Shown: piece after piece, positions 47,614 through 56,332 of the stretch
Numbering within the stretch: the stretch's first letter is position 1
Layout: each line of letters opens with the position of its first letter
DNA from: Nitrospinales bacterium
GTDB lineage: Bacteria > Nitrospinota > Nitrospinia > Nitrospinales > VA-1
Reading direction: 5' to 3'
Length of the DNA: 64,000 bases
Assembly: GCA_965223345.1 (NCBI GenBank)
Contig: CBDCWG010000012.1
Coordinates: forward strand, 992,001-1,056,000
The notes under the pieces: generated by a model
The model's input: the letters and a program-made list of their open reading frames with translations, nothing else
Database searches by the model: none
What the model was told of the DNA's origin: nothing
Translations under genes and position numbers: made by a program

Positions 47614-48900
47614 CTAACTCTTGTTGCTCAACCTGCCCCGGCAAAGTATGGCCTTTTGTCCATCTTCTGCCCGTTCCGTCCAGGTTGCATAAATCCTTCC
47701 GCCTGTCCCGGCAAACAGCGATGGGTAGGAGGCGCTCTTCCCAAGAAAAGGAACCTTTTCAGGTTGAGACCACCTTCCGGTCGCGGAGATTTTCATGATC
47801 CAGGGGCGGATCTTTGCCCAGCCATCGTCTCTGTCTCGTTCTCGCCCCTGAAATATGACCCATGCCTCCTTTCCGACCATTTGAATGGCCGGGTGATTTG
47901 CGTCGAGCACCTCTCCGTGGATGTCACCCAAAAACTGAAAGCTATTGCCTCCATCGGCGGACAGGGCACCGCGCAAACTGGATCTATTGTCCACTCCCGT
48001 GAACCAAGTCACAAACAGCGTCCCATCCGCGAAACCCATGGCCGGACCGGAGTGAGCGCAGCCATTGATTTTCCAACCTTCTTGCGTGACGCGGACCTTC
48101 TCCGACCAGGTTTCCCCTTGGTCCTGCGACCTGGACACAACCACGATGCGGTTGTCTCCCTCGTAAACATGCCTCCAGGAAATAAAAACCGTCCCCTTGT
48201 CATCGAAAGCGATCGCCGGACGACAGCAGGGGCAGATCGCTCCGGAAACTTTTATGTTTTTACCGAACGATCCGCCTTGATCCACAGATTTGGCAATGTA
48301 AAGGGAGCCGGTTCCAGGAGGATTGTTTTTTTTGTCGCGTCCATCCAACCACGCGACATAAATGGTTCCATCCGGCCCCACTTCCATTGCCTGAAAGGAA
48401 CGATATCCCTCTCCTTCTTCGTCGTTCACCTTGATTGCAGGGGAGAAGCTCCTGCCAAAATTCATGGAGCGGGCAAACTTGATGTCTTTGCCTCCTTGCC
48501 AAACGGCAAACACGCCAATGCCGGTTCCCTTTCTCAATAAGGGGCCGTTTTCTCCATGGGCGCTGACTTCTCCAGGAACCTGGTTGACGGGGTAGGGTTT
48601 GGAAAATGTGTCTCCGACATTGTGGGAACTCAAATAGAGAAGGTCCTGCCCTCCTTTTTCCTGATAGGCCGCATAAATGAATTTCATGCTTTCGGAGGTT
48701 TCCAGCATGAGCTGAAGCCCGTTTCCCTGCCCCACAACCTGGGGCGTGGACTCCCAATTCACCAAGCCCTCACTGCTTTCCGAACTGTTTTGGGACGGCA
48801 TCCCGGAAGGCATTGAATGATGCATGTTTCCTGTACAGGAAACATTGAAATGGAGAAAAATTAGCGCAAAGCACAAACCAACCTTTCTTGGAATTTGCAC
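47614..48900 (-). CDS. BNR/Asp-box (sialidase-like) beta-propeller lipoprotein with CPCC motif
   Basis: S.D.G..F/W Asp boxes, ICPCCRP, W.INGCAHSGP. Confidence 0.85.
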   Translation of the reverse strand: MQIPRKVGLCFALIFLHFNVSCTGNMHHSMPSGMPSQNSSESSEGLVNWESTPQVVGQGNGLQLMLETSESMKFIYAAYQEKGGQDLLYLSSHNVGDTFSKPYPVNQVPGEVSAHGENGPLLRKGTGIGVFAVWQGGKDIKFARSMNFGRSFSPAIKVNDEEGEGYRSFQAMEVGPDGTIYVAWLDGRDKKNNPPGTGSLYIAKSVDQGGSFGKNIKVSGAICPCCRPAIAFDDKGTVFISWRHVYEGDNRIVVVSRSQDQGETWSEKVRVTQEGWKINGCAHSGPAMGFADGTLFVTWFTGVDNRSSLRGALSADGGNSFQFLGDIHGEVLDANHPAIQMVGKEAWVIFQGRERDRDDGWAKIRPWIMKISATGRWSQPEKVPFLGKSASYPSLFAGTGGRIYATWTERAEDGQKAILCRGRLSNKS

Positions 48901-48990
48901 GACTGTTTCCTCTCAATCTATCAAGGTGAACGATGACAATCAGAGTATTTTTTAAAAAACTTGACGCTCGGTTTCATCCTATGATTTTAC

Positions 48991-51120
48991 CTAGAACCGC
49001 ACCGTTACGCCGCCAAAAAACCGCCTACCATCACCGGGATAGAACAGTGCCGATGCAGGGGTCGCGGTGACAGCCGTTGAAAAGTTTGAAATGTATTCTG
49101 TGTCAAAAAGATTGCGTCCTGTCGCGAACAAGCTGACGTTTTTGTTCACCTCGTATCCGGCTCCAAAACCCATCAAGGTATAACCGGGCGCCGAAAACGT
49201 GTTATTAAAATCAACATCCGCCTCGCTCACCGCATCCATATTCAACGCGACAAACCAGTTATCCCGATGGTCGTAGCGCAGCTCGGTCCGATAGACATGA
49301 GGGGGCACGCCAGGAAGGGTGTTGTCTCCGAATTGAGCGTCTCCATCGAAACGAAAATCGCTGTAGGTATAGACATTGTTCCATTTCAGGCGATCCCCGC
49401 TCGACACCAGATTGCGAGCCAGCACAATACCCAAACCGGCTTCCACACCTTGATGGGTCGTGTCTTCGGCGTTGAATCCGGTGGCCGGGATGCCGCCTCC
49501 TACCGTGAACTTCAGGATTTCGTCATCCAGCCAGGCGTGATAATAAATCAGCTCCCAATCGACTATCCCCTGCTGTCCGCGAGTTCCAATCTCAAAAGTC
49601 CACGCTTTTTGCGCGTCCAGGTTGATAAACCCCGCCGTGCCCCCCTGGGTCAAATCGCTGAAATCCGGAGGCTCAAAACTTTTCGTGACATTGGCGAAGA
49701 GTTGCACGATTTCGGAATGTTGGTACAGCACACCCACTCGTGGATTGAAAGACGTGTAGGAATCGCTGTCGGTTTCGCTGGGAGTCAGCTTGTTGAACAC
49801 ATCCCGGTGCGACCAGACAAATTGCCCCCCTGCGACCAAGGCCCACTTGGGAGTGACAAAAAACTGGTTTTCTCCATACAGCACGACATTGTAGGCGGTT
49901 TGATCGGCGTCGGCAATCAGAGCGCCCCGCTGCCCACCGTTGTTGACAAATACTTTTGCATCCGTATTCCCTGCGTGAGTGGTGACTCCCACGCGAAAGG
50001 TATTTGAATATTCTCCAATCTTATAGTTCCCGGAACCTTGCGCGAACACCCCATAGTTGTTGCTGTCCTGGTCGATGACCCCGACAAAAGACGTGATCGG
50101 ATGGAACAAAGATTTATCCGTGACAAATGCACCGACATCCAACTTTTTCCCTTCGCCAAGATCGAAGGTGGTTTTATTGGAAAGCCTGAAGGAAACGATG
50201 TCGCGGTGTTCATCGTCTCTACTGACAGAAGCCCGGCTATCTTCCGGTTTGTTTAAAGCGGATGAGCGGGTCACCGTTCCGGGCAGCTCCAGTTCGATGT
50301 CGTTTGCGGTAAAATAAAAACGGGTTTCTGCTGTTTCGGAGAGCTGGACTCCCAAATTTGAATTGAATTTGAAACTTTCCTGGTCCGCGTGCACTCGAAA
50401 CCCGTTGCTCGTCAATGCGGTGAAGCTGAGAAACAGATCCGCCTTGTCAAATACCATGCCGGATTGAATGTTCCCGCGATAGGTGTCATCCGATCCCAAT
50501 TCAAAGCGCAATTGATAGCCGGGATGACTTTGACCGGTTTTGGAGATCATGTTGATGGCGCCTCCAATTGAGGTGCCTCCATACTGCATTGCATTTCCGC
50601 CTTTGAACACTTCAATGCGTTGCAAGGTGAGGTTGTCTATTTCCTGGAAATCGCCGCTGCTATCCGCGGAGTTGAAAGGCACGCCATCCTGCAAAGCCAC
50701 CAAACCCTTCTGATGGAAATTGCGTTCAATACCGGAACCCCGGATCGAAATACGCACCTCTTCTGCGAAGCGCTTGGTTGCATAGACTCCTGGGACAAAG
50801 GAAAGTGTGTCCTCAAAGTTTTGACTGAAATCATTTTCAAAGGCTTTACTGTCCACCACCGCCGCACCGCCTGGAGTGCGTTGTATTATTTTCGCGGCTT
50901 CCAAATTGCTTGGCACCGTCAAGGTTCCGACTGTGGATTCGAATGTCCCGATAGATGTTCCGGTGGTTTCTTTAAGCTTTGCCTTTGGGGCTTCTATGAG
51001 GACTTCCCGCAATACCTGTTGATCCTCTTTCTCAGCCGCCAAAACGGACTGCGCAATTACAAAATTCAACAGGCCACAAAACAAGACCCACCAGACCGAT
51101 ACTTTTTTCCGACAAAACAT
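48991..51120 (-). CDS. TonB-dependent receptor
   Basis: GGAGAG RBS at MFCRKK; plug (PGV, SIRG, DGVP, RIEVFKG, GGAIN), NLFD..Y, C-terminal VRF. Confidence 0.93.
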   Translation of the reverse strand: MFCRKKVSVWWVLFCGLLNFVIAQSVLAAEKEDQQVLREVLIEAPKAKLKETTGTSIGTFESTVGTLTVPSNLEAAKIIQRTPGGAAVVDSKAFENDFSQNFEDTLSFVPGVYATKRFAEEVRISIRGSGIERNFHQKGLVALQDGVPFNSADSSGDFQEIDNLTLQRIEVFKGGNAMQYGGTSIGGAINMISKTGQSHPGYQLRFELGSDDTYRGNIQSGMVFDKADLFLSFTALTSNGFRVHADQESFKFNSNLGVQLSETAETRFYFTANDIELELPGTVTRSSALNKPEDSRASVSRDDEHRDIVSFRLSNKTTFDLGEGKKLDVGAFVTDKSLFHPITSFVGVIDQDSNNYGVFAQGSGNYKIGEYSNTFRVGVTTHAGNTDAKVFVNNGGQRGALIADADQTAYNVVLYGENQFFVTPKWALVAGGQFVWSHRDVFNKLTPSETDSDSYTSFNPRVGVLYQHSEIVQLFANVTKSFEPPDFSDLTQGGTAGFINLDAQKAWTFEIGTRGQQGIVDWELIYYHAWLDDEILKFTVGGGIPATGFNAEDTTHQGVEAGLGIVLARNLVSSGDRLKWNNVYTYSDFRFDGDAQFGDNTLPGVPPHVYRTELRYDHRDNWFVALNMDAVSEADVDFNNTFSAPGYTLMGFGAGYEVNKNVSLFATGRNLFDTEYISNFSTAVTATPASALFYPGDGRRFFGGVTVRF

Positions 51121-51384
51121 TGAAACTCTCCAATCTTTCTTCATCATTGCGAAGCGCAATAAATAAATTTTTACAGGAATGGCCTTTATGGCCTCATTCA
51201 AAATCAAGGCAATCGCGGCACATTGCAAAAATTTAAAGGTCTCTGTTGCCGCTGAAATTCGCCCAACCAAATGCAAACAGCGCGGTCTAATGCCACCACT
51301 GCATACACGGGAAAAGCGGACACGGCCTTTCAAGGGCGAATCAACGGTATGAATTATATTAGGAACAAAAACGAGACAGAAAAA

Positions 51385-51786
51385 TCAGAGAGACTTCGGA
51401 GGATGGTCCAATTGAAATGAAAGGGAGAAGGTGTGGCGCGGGAATTTAAGGATAAAGCGTGCAGAATTTTTTTCAGCCCTTACAAGAGATGGAGCGGAAA
51501 TGGAGAAAAGATTCTTGGAAAAGTCGATCGATGCAGAATTGGAGGCTAAGGGTCCGGAACCGCAATCAGAAGCAATTTTGTATTCCTTGCTGTCTTTTTG
51601 ACTATGAGCGTGCGGACAGGGAAGTCCTTTCTGATGATGATTGAGCGGACAAACATGACCCCCCTTATGGCCTTCCAACGCAGGACCCTTCTTTTCATGG
51701 TGATGAAATGGAGATGCACCTGCCATCGAAGCCCAAAATACAAGCACCAGGAAAGCACCAAATACACTTGTCGTTTGTTTCCGCAT
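51385..51786 (-). CDS. His/Cys-rich exported leader protein, DUF2946/CruR-like, ending in HPP
   Basis: Signal peptide, FHHH..GH..GHVCPLNHH...CPHAH..DCG, C-terminal LDHPPKSL; first gene of the receptor operon. Confidence 0.72.
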   Translation of the reverse strand: MRKQTTSVFGAFLVLVFWASMAGASPFHHHEKKGPALEGHKGGHVCPLNHHQKGLPCPHAHSQKDSKEYKIASDCGSGPLASNSASIDFSKNLFSISAPSLVRAEKNSARFILKFPRHTFSLSFQLDHPPKSL

Positions 51787-52220
51787 GAGGAGAGGCTATA
51801 ATACAAGGACACAAATAATCAAGGATTAATTTTAGCCCTCCCCCTGTGATTTTATAAGCAGGCCTTCCCCCCTTTGGCTCATGCCGCAAAACCCTCAATG
51901 CCTCCATACCAGCTCATGCGAAACCATGAAACACTAAACGCCAATTATTTCAAAATCTTACTCAACCCCTCAAAATATTTCGATCGATTGAAATTTCCTA
52001 AACCCGTACTTTCTCATTTATTCCTCAGCCGATAAATTGATATGAAATATCAGGCTTTCCCGAATGGCACGATCATCCCTCTTCCGCTGCCATTAGGGAC
52101 CCATCTCTTTTATCGTTTGTTTGAAATCCCTAGAAAAATAGTTTTTAAAGTTTCAACGATTGAGATGAAGCTGAGATATGGAGGAAACAACAATTACAGA
52201 GAATTTGAAATCAAGGTGAA

Positions 52221-52336
52221 TGACCTGCCCCTGTTATTAGTACCAGTTTCTAAGTTAGAGTTTCGACTTTTTGGGGTTGAACGACATATTCCCTTCTCCA
52301 GCTTCCGGAGCCGGAGGCCGATACCCCAAGGCACTA
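52221..52336 (-). mobile_element. 3'-end remnant of a different IS3-family element
   Basis: Minus strand encodes SALGYRPPAPEA...* (IS3 OrfB C-terminus), then terminal ...GGGGCAGGTCA. Confidence 0.75.
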
Positions 52337-52803
52337 TGTTCCCCGTCAAAGCCTAATGGACCAAATGAGTTAAAAAGTTAAGGGACACTTTCTGTTAAAC
52401 TTTCCATTAAATGGAGGGGTTTATGAGCAAGAAAGTGTCGAGTGAGAAGGTCGTTCAGGATATTCGCAGGAAGACGCGAAGGAAGTTCTCATCGGAGGAG
52501 AAGATCCGGATCGTTCTTGAAGGATTGCGGGGCGAGGACAGCATATCGAACCTGTGCAGACGTGAAGGGATCGCCAGCAATCTGTATTACCGTTGGAGCA
52601 AGGACTTTTTGGAGGCAGGCAAGAAACGCCTGATGGGCGATACGGTCCGGGAAGCCAACTCTGGTGAGGTTTCGGATCTAAGGAAGGAGAACGAACACTT
52701 AAAGCAGCTGGTAGCAGAGATCGTTCTGAAGAACCGGGTTCTTAAAAAAAGTCTGAATGGCTTGGACTCGGAGGACATCGAACCATGAGGTACGGTCCCT
52801 CAG
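52337..52803 (+). mobile_element. IS3-family element, copy 2, truncated (IRL, orfA 52423-52788, first 19 nt of orfB)
   Basis: Matches copy 1 up to ...GGTCCCTCAG, then 76 bp of unrelated DNA. Confidence 0.92.
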
Positions 52804-52879
52804 TTTCATGATTCTTTCATAATAATCGCTACCGGTGGAAGGTATTTCAGCATCAACCACAAGGTCGAATGATTTATTT

Positions 52880-54401
52880 TGTTCCCCGTCAAAGCCTAAT
52901 GGACCAAATGAGTTAAAAAGTTAAGGGACACTTTCTGTTAAACTTTCCATTAAATGGAGGGGTTTATGAGCAAGAAAGTGTCGAGTGAGAAGGTCGTTCA
53001 GGATATTCGCAGGAAGACGCGAAGGAAGTTCTCATCGGAGGAGAAGATCCGGATCGTTCTTGAAGGATTGCGGGGCGAGGACAGCATATCGAACCTGTGC
53101 AGACGTGAAGGGATCGCCAGCAATCTGTATTACCGTTGGAGCAAGGACTTTTTGGAGGCAGGCAAGAAACGCCTGATGGGCGATACGGTCCGGGAAGCCA
53201 ACTCTGGTGAGGTTTCGGATCTAAGGAAGGAGAACGAACACTTAAAGCAGCTGGTAGCAGAGATCGTTCTGAAGAACCGGGTTCTTAAAAAAAGTCTGAA
53301 TGGCTTGGACTCGGAGGACATCGAACCATGAGGTACGGTCCCTCAGAGAAGCTGGAGATCATCCGTACTGTAGAAGAATCCGAGCTTTCCGTCCGTCAGA
53401 CATTGAAAGAGCTTGGAATCCACCGGAGCACCTTCTACAACTGGTATCGCAGGTTTCTGGAAGATGGCATTGAGGGCCTGGACCTGAAACAGCCCAGGGC
53501 CCGATCCTTCTGGAACAAGATTCCGGATGAGGTGAAAAAACAGGTGGTCGAGATCGCTCTGGAGCAAACCGAACTCTCGCCCCGTGAGCTGGCCTGCAGA
53601 ATCACCGATATCCAGGGCTACTTCATATCGGAATCCAGCGTTTACCGGATTCTAAAAGCCCACGATCTGGTCACAAGCCCCGCCTATATCCTGATGCAGG
53701 CGGGCGATTCCTTCAAAAACCCCACCCGGCAAATCCATGAGCTTTGGCAGACGGATTTCACCTATTTCAGGATCGTCGGCTGGGGCTGGTATTACCTGTC
53801 TACCGTTCTGGACGATTATTCCCGATACATTCTCGCCTGGAAACTGACGACCTCCATGACTGCCTCGGATGTGAAGGACACACTCGACGAAGCGATCTCA
53901 AACACCAGTGTGGATCGGGTCCAGGTCCGGCACAGACCCAGGCTGCTCAGCGACAACGGGCCCTGCTATCTTTCTGGTGAACTCAGGTCCTACCTGGAAA
54001 AACAGGGTATGACGCACACGCGCGGAGCCCCGTATCATCCCATGACCCAGGGCAAAATCGAACGCTATCACCGGTCCATGAAAAACGTGGTCAAACTTCA
54101 AAACTATTACTTTCCCTGGGAACTGGAGCGGGAAATCTCAAGCTTCGTGGAATACTACAACAACCACCGATATCACGAGGCACTCAACAACGTCACTCCC
54201 GCTGATGTTTACTTCGGCAGGCATCGTGAGATCCTGACAAAACGGGATCGAATCAAAAAGAAAACCCTGGAACTGAGGCGGAAACAAAACCTAAAAGCCA
54301 GGGTCGCTTAACTAAAACTTGAAAACTATATATTGAAGAACTATAAAAATGTGTCTCTAACTAAAACTCAACTTTGGTCCAGATTCGTTTGACGACCTAC
54401 A
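52880..54401 (+). mobile_element. IS3-family element, copy 3 (orfA 52966-53331, orfB 53328-54311)
   Basis: Same length, ends and protein sequences as copy 1; truncates the helicase gene. Confidence 0.95.
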
Positions 54402-55696
54402 GTGTTGGCATAATGCGCCGTGACTTTCCCAAATATTGCAGGCCAAGATAAAATTCCCTGTTCATCAAGCTTTTCCCTCGCACGCTCAAAAATAGGCCAA
54501 ATGAGTTCTCGTTTGCTAGCGCTCATGCGACTTTTGCGGCCCAGCCGTGGTACGTCGCGGTAAGCATCAAGAGTTTCTATTTGCCAAGCATCAACAACAT
54601 TTGACCATTCAGAGACAAGAAAACGTGAACTAAAATTGGTAATGTCCAGTTCCTGTGCAGACGCCTCGAGTGTGCCTCTTATCTGTTCCTCAGAAGCCGA
54701 GCGAGGATGGTATCCGAAAGCCAGCGTAAACAGATCGGATGCCACGCCTTTAAACGGAAGCACCGTAACGCGGGGAACAATAGAATTTTCATCGCCAGTT
54801 AATATTTTGAGCTTAGCCTCAAGGGCATTGGCCAGTGGCAATGAAAAGGTAGTTAGCAACAGCCTTGCGTCTTCGTTCTTTTTCAGGATGTTGGCAGTGC
54901 GGTGTATAGCCACAACAGTTTTTCCCGTTCCTGCCGAACCAGATACCCGCGCTGGCCCCTTAAATGTCTGCTCCACCACGCGACGCTGAGAGGGGTGCAA
55001 AAATACAGTCCATTGATCCCATGGATAATCCAGTGCTCGCTTGAGTTCGTCCAGATCCTCCATAACCCGGAAACGGCGCTGAGCGTCTGGGTGTGTGAGT
55101 GGATCGGCAGTTTCAAGAACAGAAATAACCTCGACTTCCGGCTTTTTGCCGACGGCAAGGTCGAAAAGTGCTTCAGCGGCTTCCTGGGGCAAATGGTCCG
55201 TCAGGTCAAGGAGCGTGTCCTCTGTCACAGTCTTTACGTCTGCAAGCCAGTCCTCTGGAACGCCGTATTCCAGCAGTTCTTCATCATCATAATCTGCAAA
55301 AAGTGGATGCTGAACCGACTGCGGTTTTTCAATCTCCACGGGTTTGAAAATCGGTATTTCTTCAATTCGTTCCCGAACTTCAACAATCTGAGCCGCGCCG
55401 GTCTTCGGGTGGGTTTCGATTTTACGGCGCTCCGCCCATTTATAGGCATCGTCATGATGATCGACGTAACAGATCAGAAAGCTTGCCGCCGTTTTGTGTA
55501 CGACAAGACGAATATCGCGGCTCACGCGCACAGACCAAAAGTTCTGATCCTTTGATTTATCAATTCGGTGAAATTGAAGGCCGGGAGAGGATGGGTCTTC
55601 CTGCAAATCAAACACAGTGATTTTTACCGCCTTTTGTTCCTGAGCAGGAAGTTTACGAAGAGCGCTGGAAAAGCTATCGGCGATGCAGAATTTCAT
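54368..55696 (-). pseudogene. RelE-like domain + UvrD/SF1 helicase, truncated by IS at 54401
   Basis: N-terminal PSSPGLQFHRI...FWSVRVSRDIRLVV; W..FLHPSQ; Walker A GSAGTGKT. The frame enters the IS before any Walker B (DEAQD) motif. Confidence 0.82.
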
Positions 55697-56325
55697 TATG
55701 CAGCCTCATCATCTTTTGGCGATTTGCCATCAAATCTTCTGACACCAATAAGTTTTCCCTCAGCAATCCTCGGGATTAGTTTTTCCTGGTCGTTGGCGAG
55801 GAGAGCTAATAGAATCTCTTCGGGCATTTCCGGGAAATCTCGCATCAGCTCAAGTATACGTCGTGCATTTTCGACCTTTAAAGCACGGAGGGATTCTTGC
55901 TCTCTCTCATATTCTGTTTCTTTTATAGCTGTATCTATTTTAGCTTGATTGTTGGCTTCACGACGCAACTGCCTTTCCGTAAAAAACTTTATAATACGAT
56001 CAATAGTCCCCTCAAGTGCCTGACACGCTTTGCCCAACCCCACGAGGTCTATACCTCCTGGAGATGCGTATTCAATCCGAGAAACCATTAGTCGGGAAGG
56101 AGATTTTGCAATAGTACGCGCTCTTTCTAAGAGCCAATCGTTCGATAAATCGAGATTCTCTTGGAAAGATAGTGGGAAACGTGAGTGGTTAAACCAATGG
56201 AAAGGAGTTTCATAACGGACGTAGCGACTTAGGGCCACTTTATAATACAGTGACTCAACGCCCTTGAGGACTTCAATAAAATCTTCTGGCTCCCAGCGTC
56301 CATCAATTTCCAATCTTAGCATCAT
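55696..56325 (-). CDS. Hypothetical protein in the defence cassette
   Basis: AAGGAAGG RBS; RIEYASPG.I.L.G motif then coiled coil; coupled to the helicase (TAATG). Confidence 0.78.
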   Translation of the reverse strand: MMLRLEIDGRWEPEDFIEVLKGVESLYYKVALSRYVRYETPFHWFNHSRFPLSFQENLDLSNDWLLERARTIAKSPSRLMVSRIEYASPGGIDLVGLGKACQALEGTIDRIIKFFTERQLRREANNQAKIDTAIKETEYEREQESLRALKVENARRILELMRDFPEMPEEILLALLANDQEKLIPRIAEGKLIGVRRFDGKSPKDDEAA

Positions 56326-56332
56326 GCCTTCC

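Noticed and set aside
52042..52356. 104-aa plus-strand ORF
   Set aside because: Chimeric read-through across the antisense IS remnant into the IS left end.
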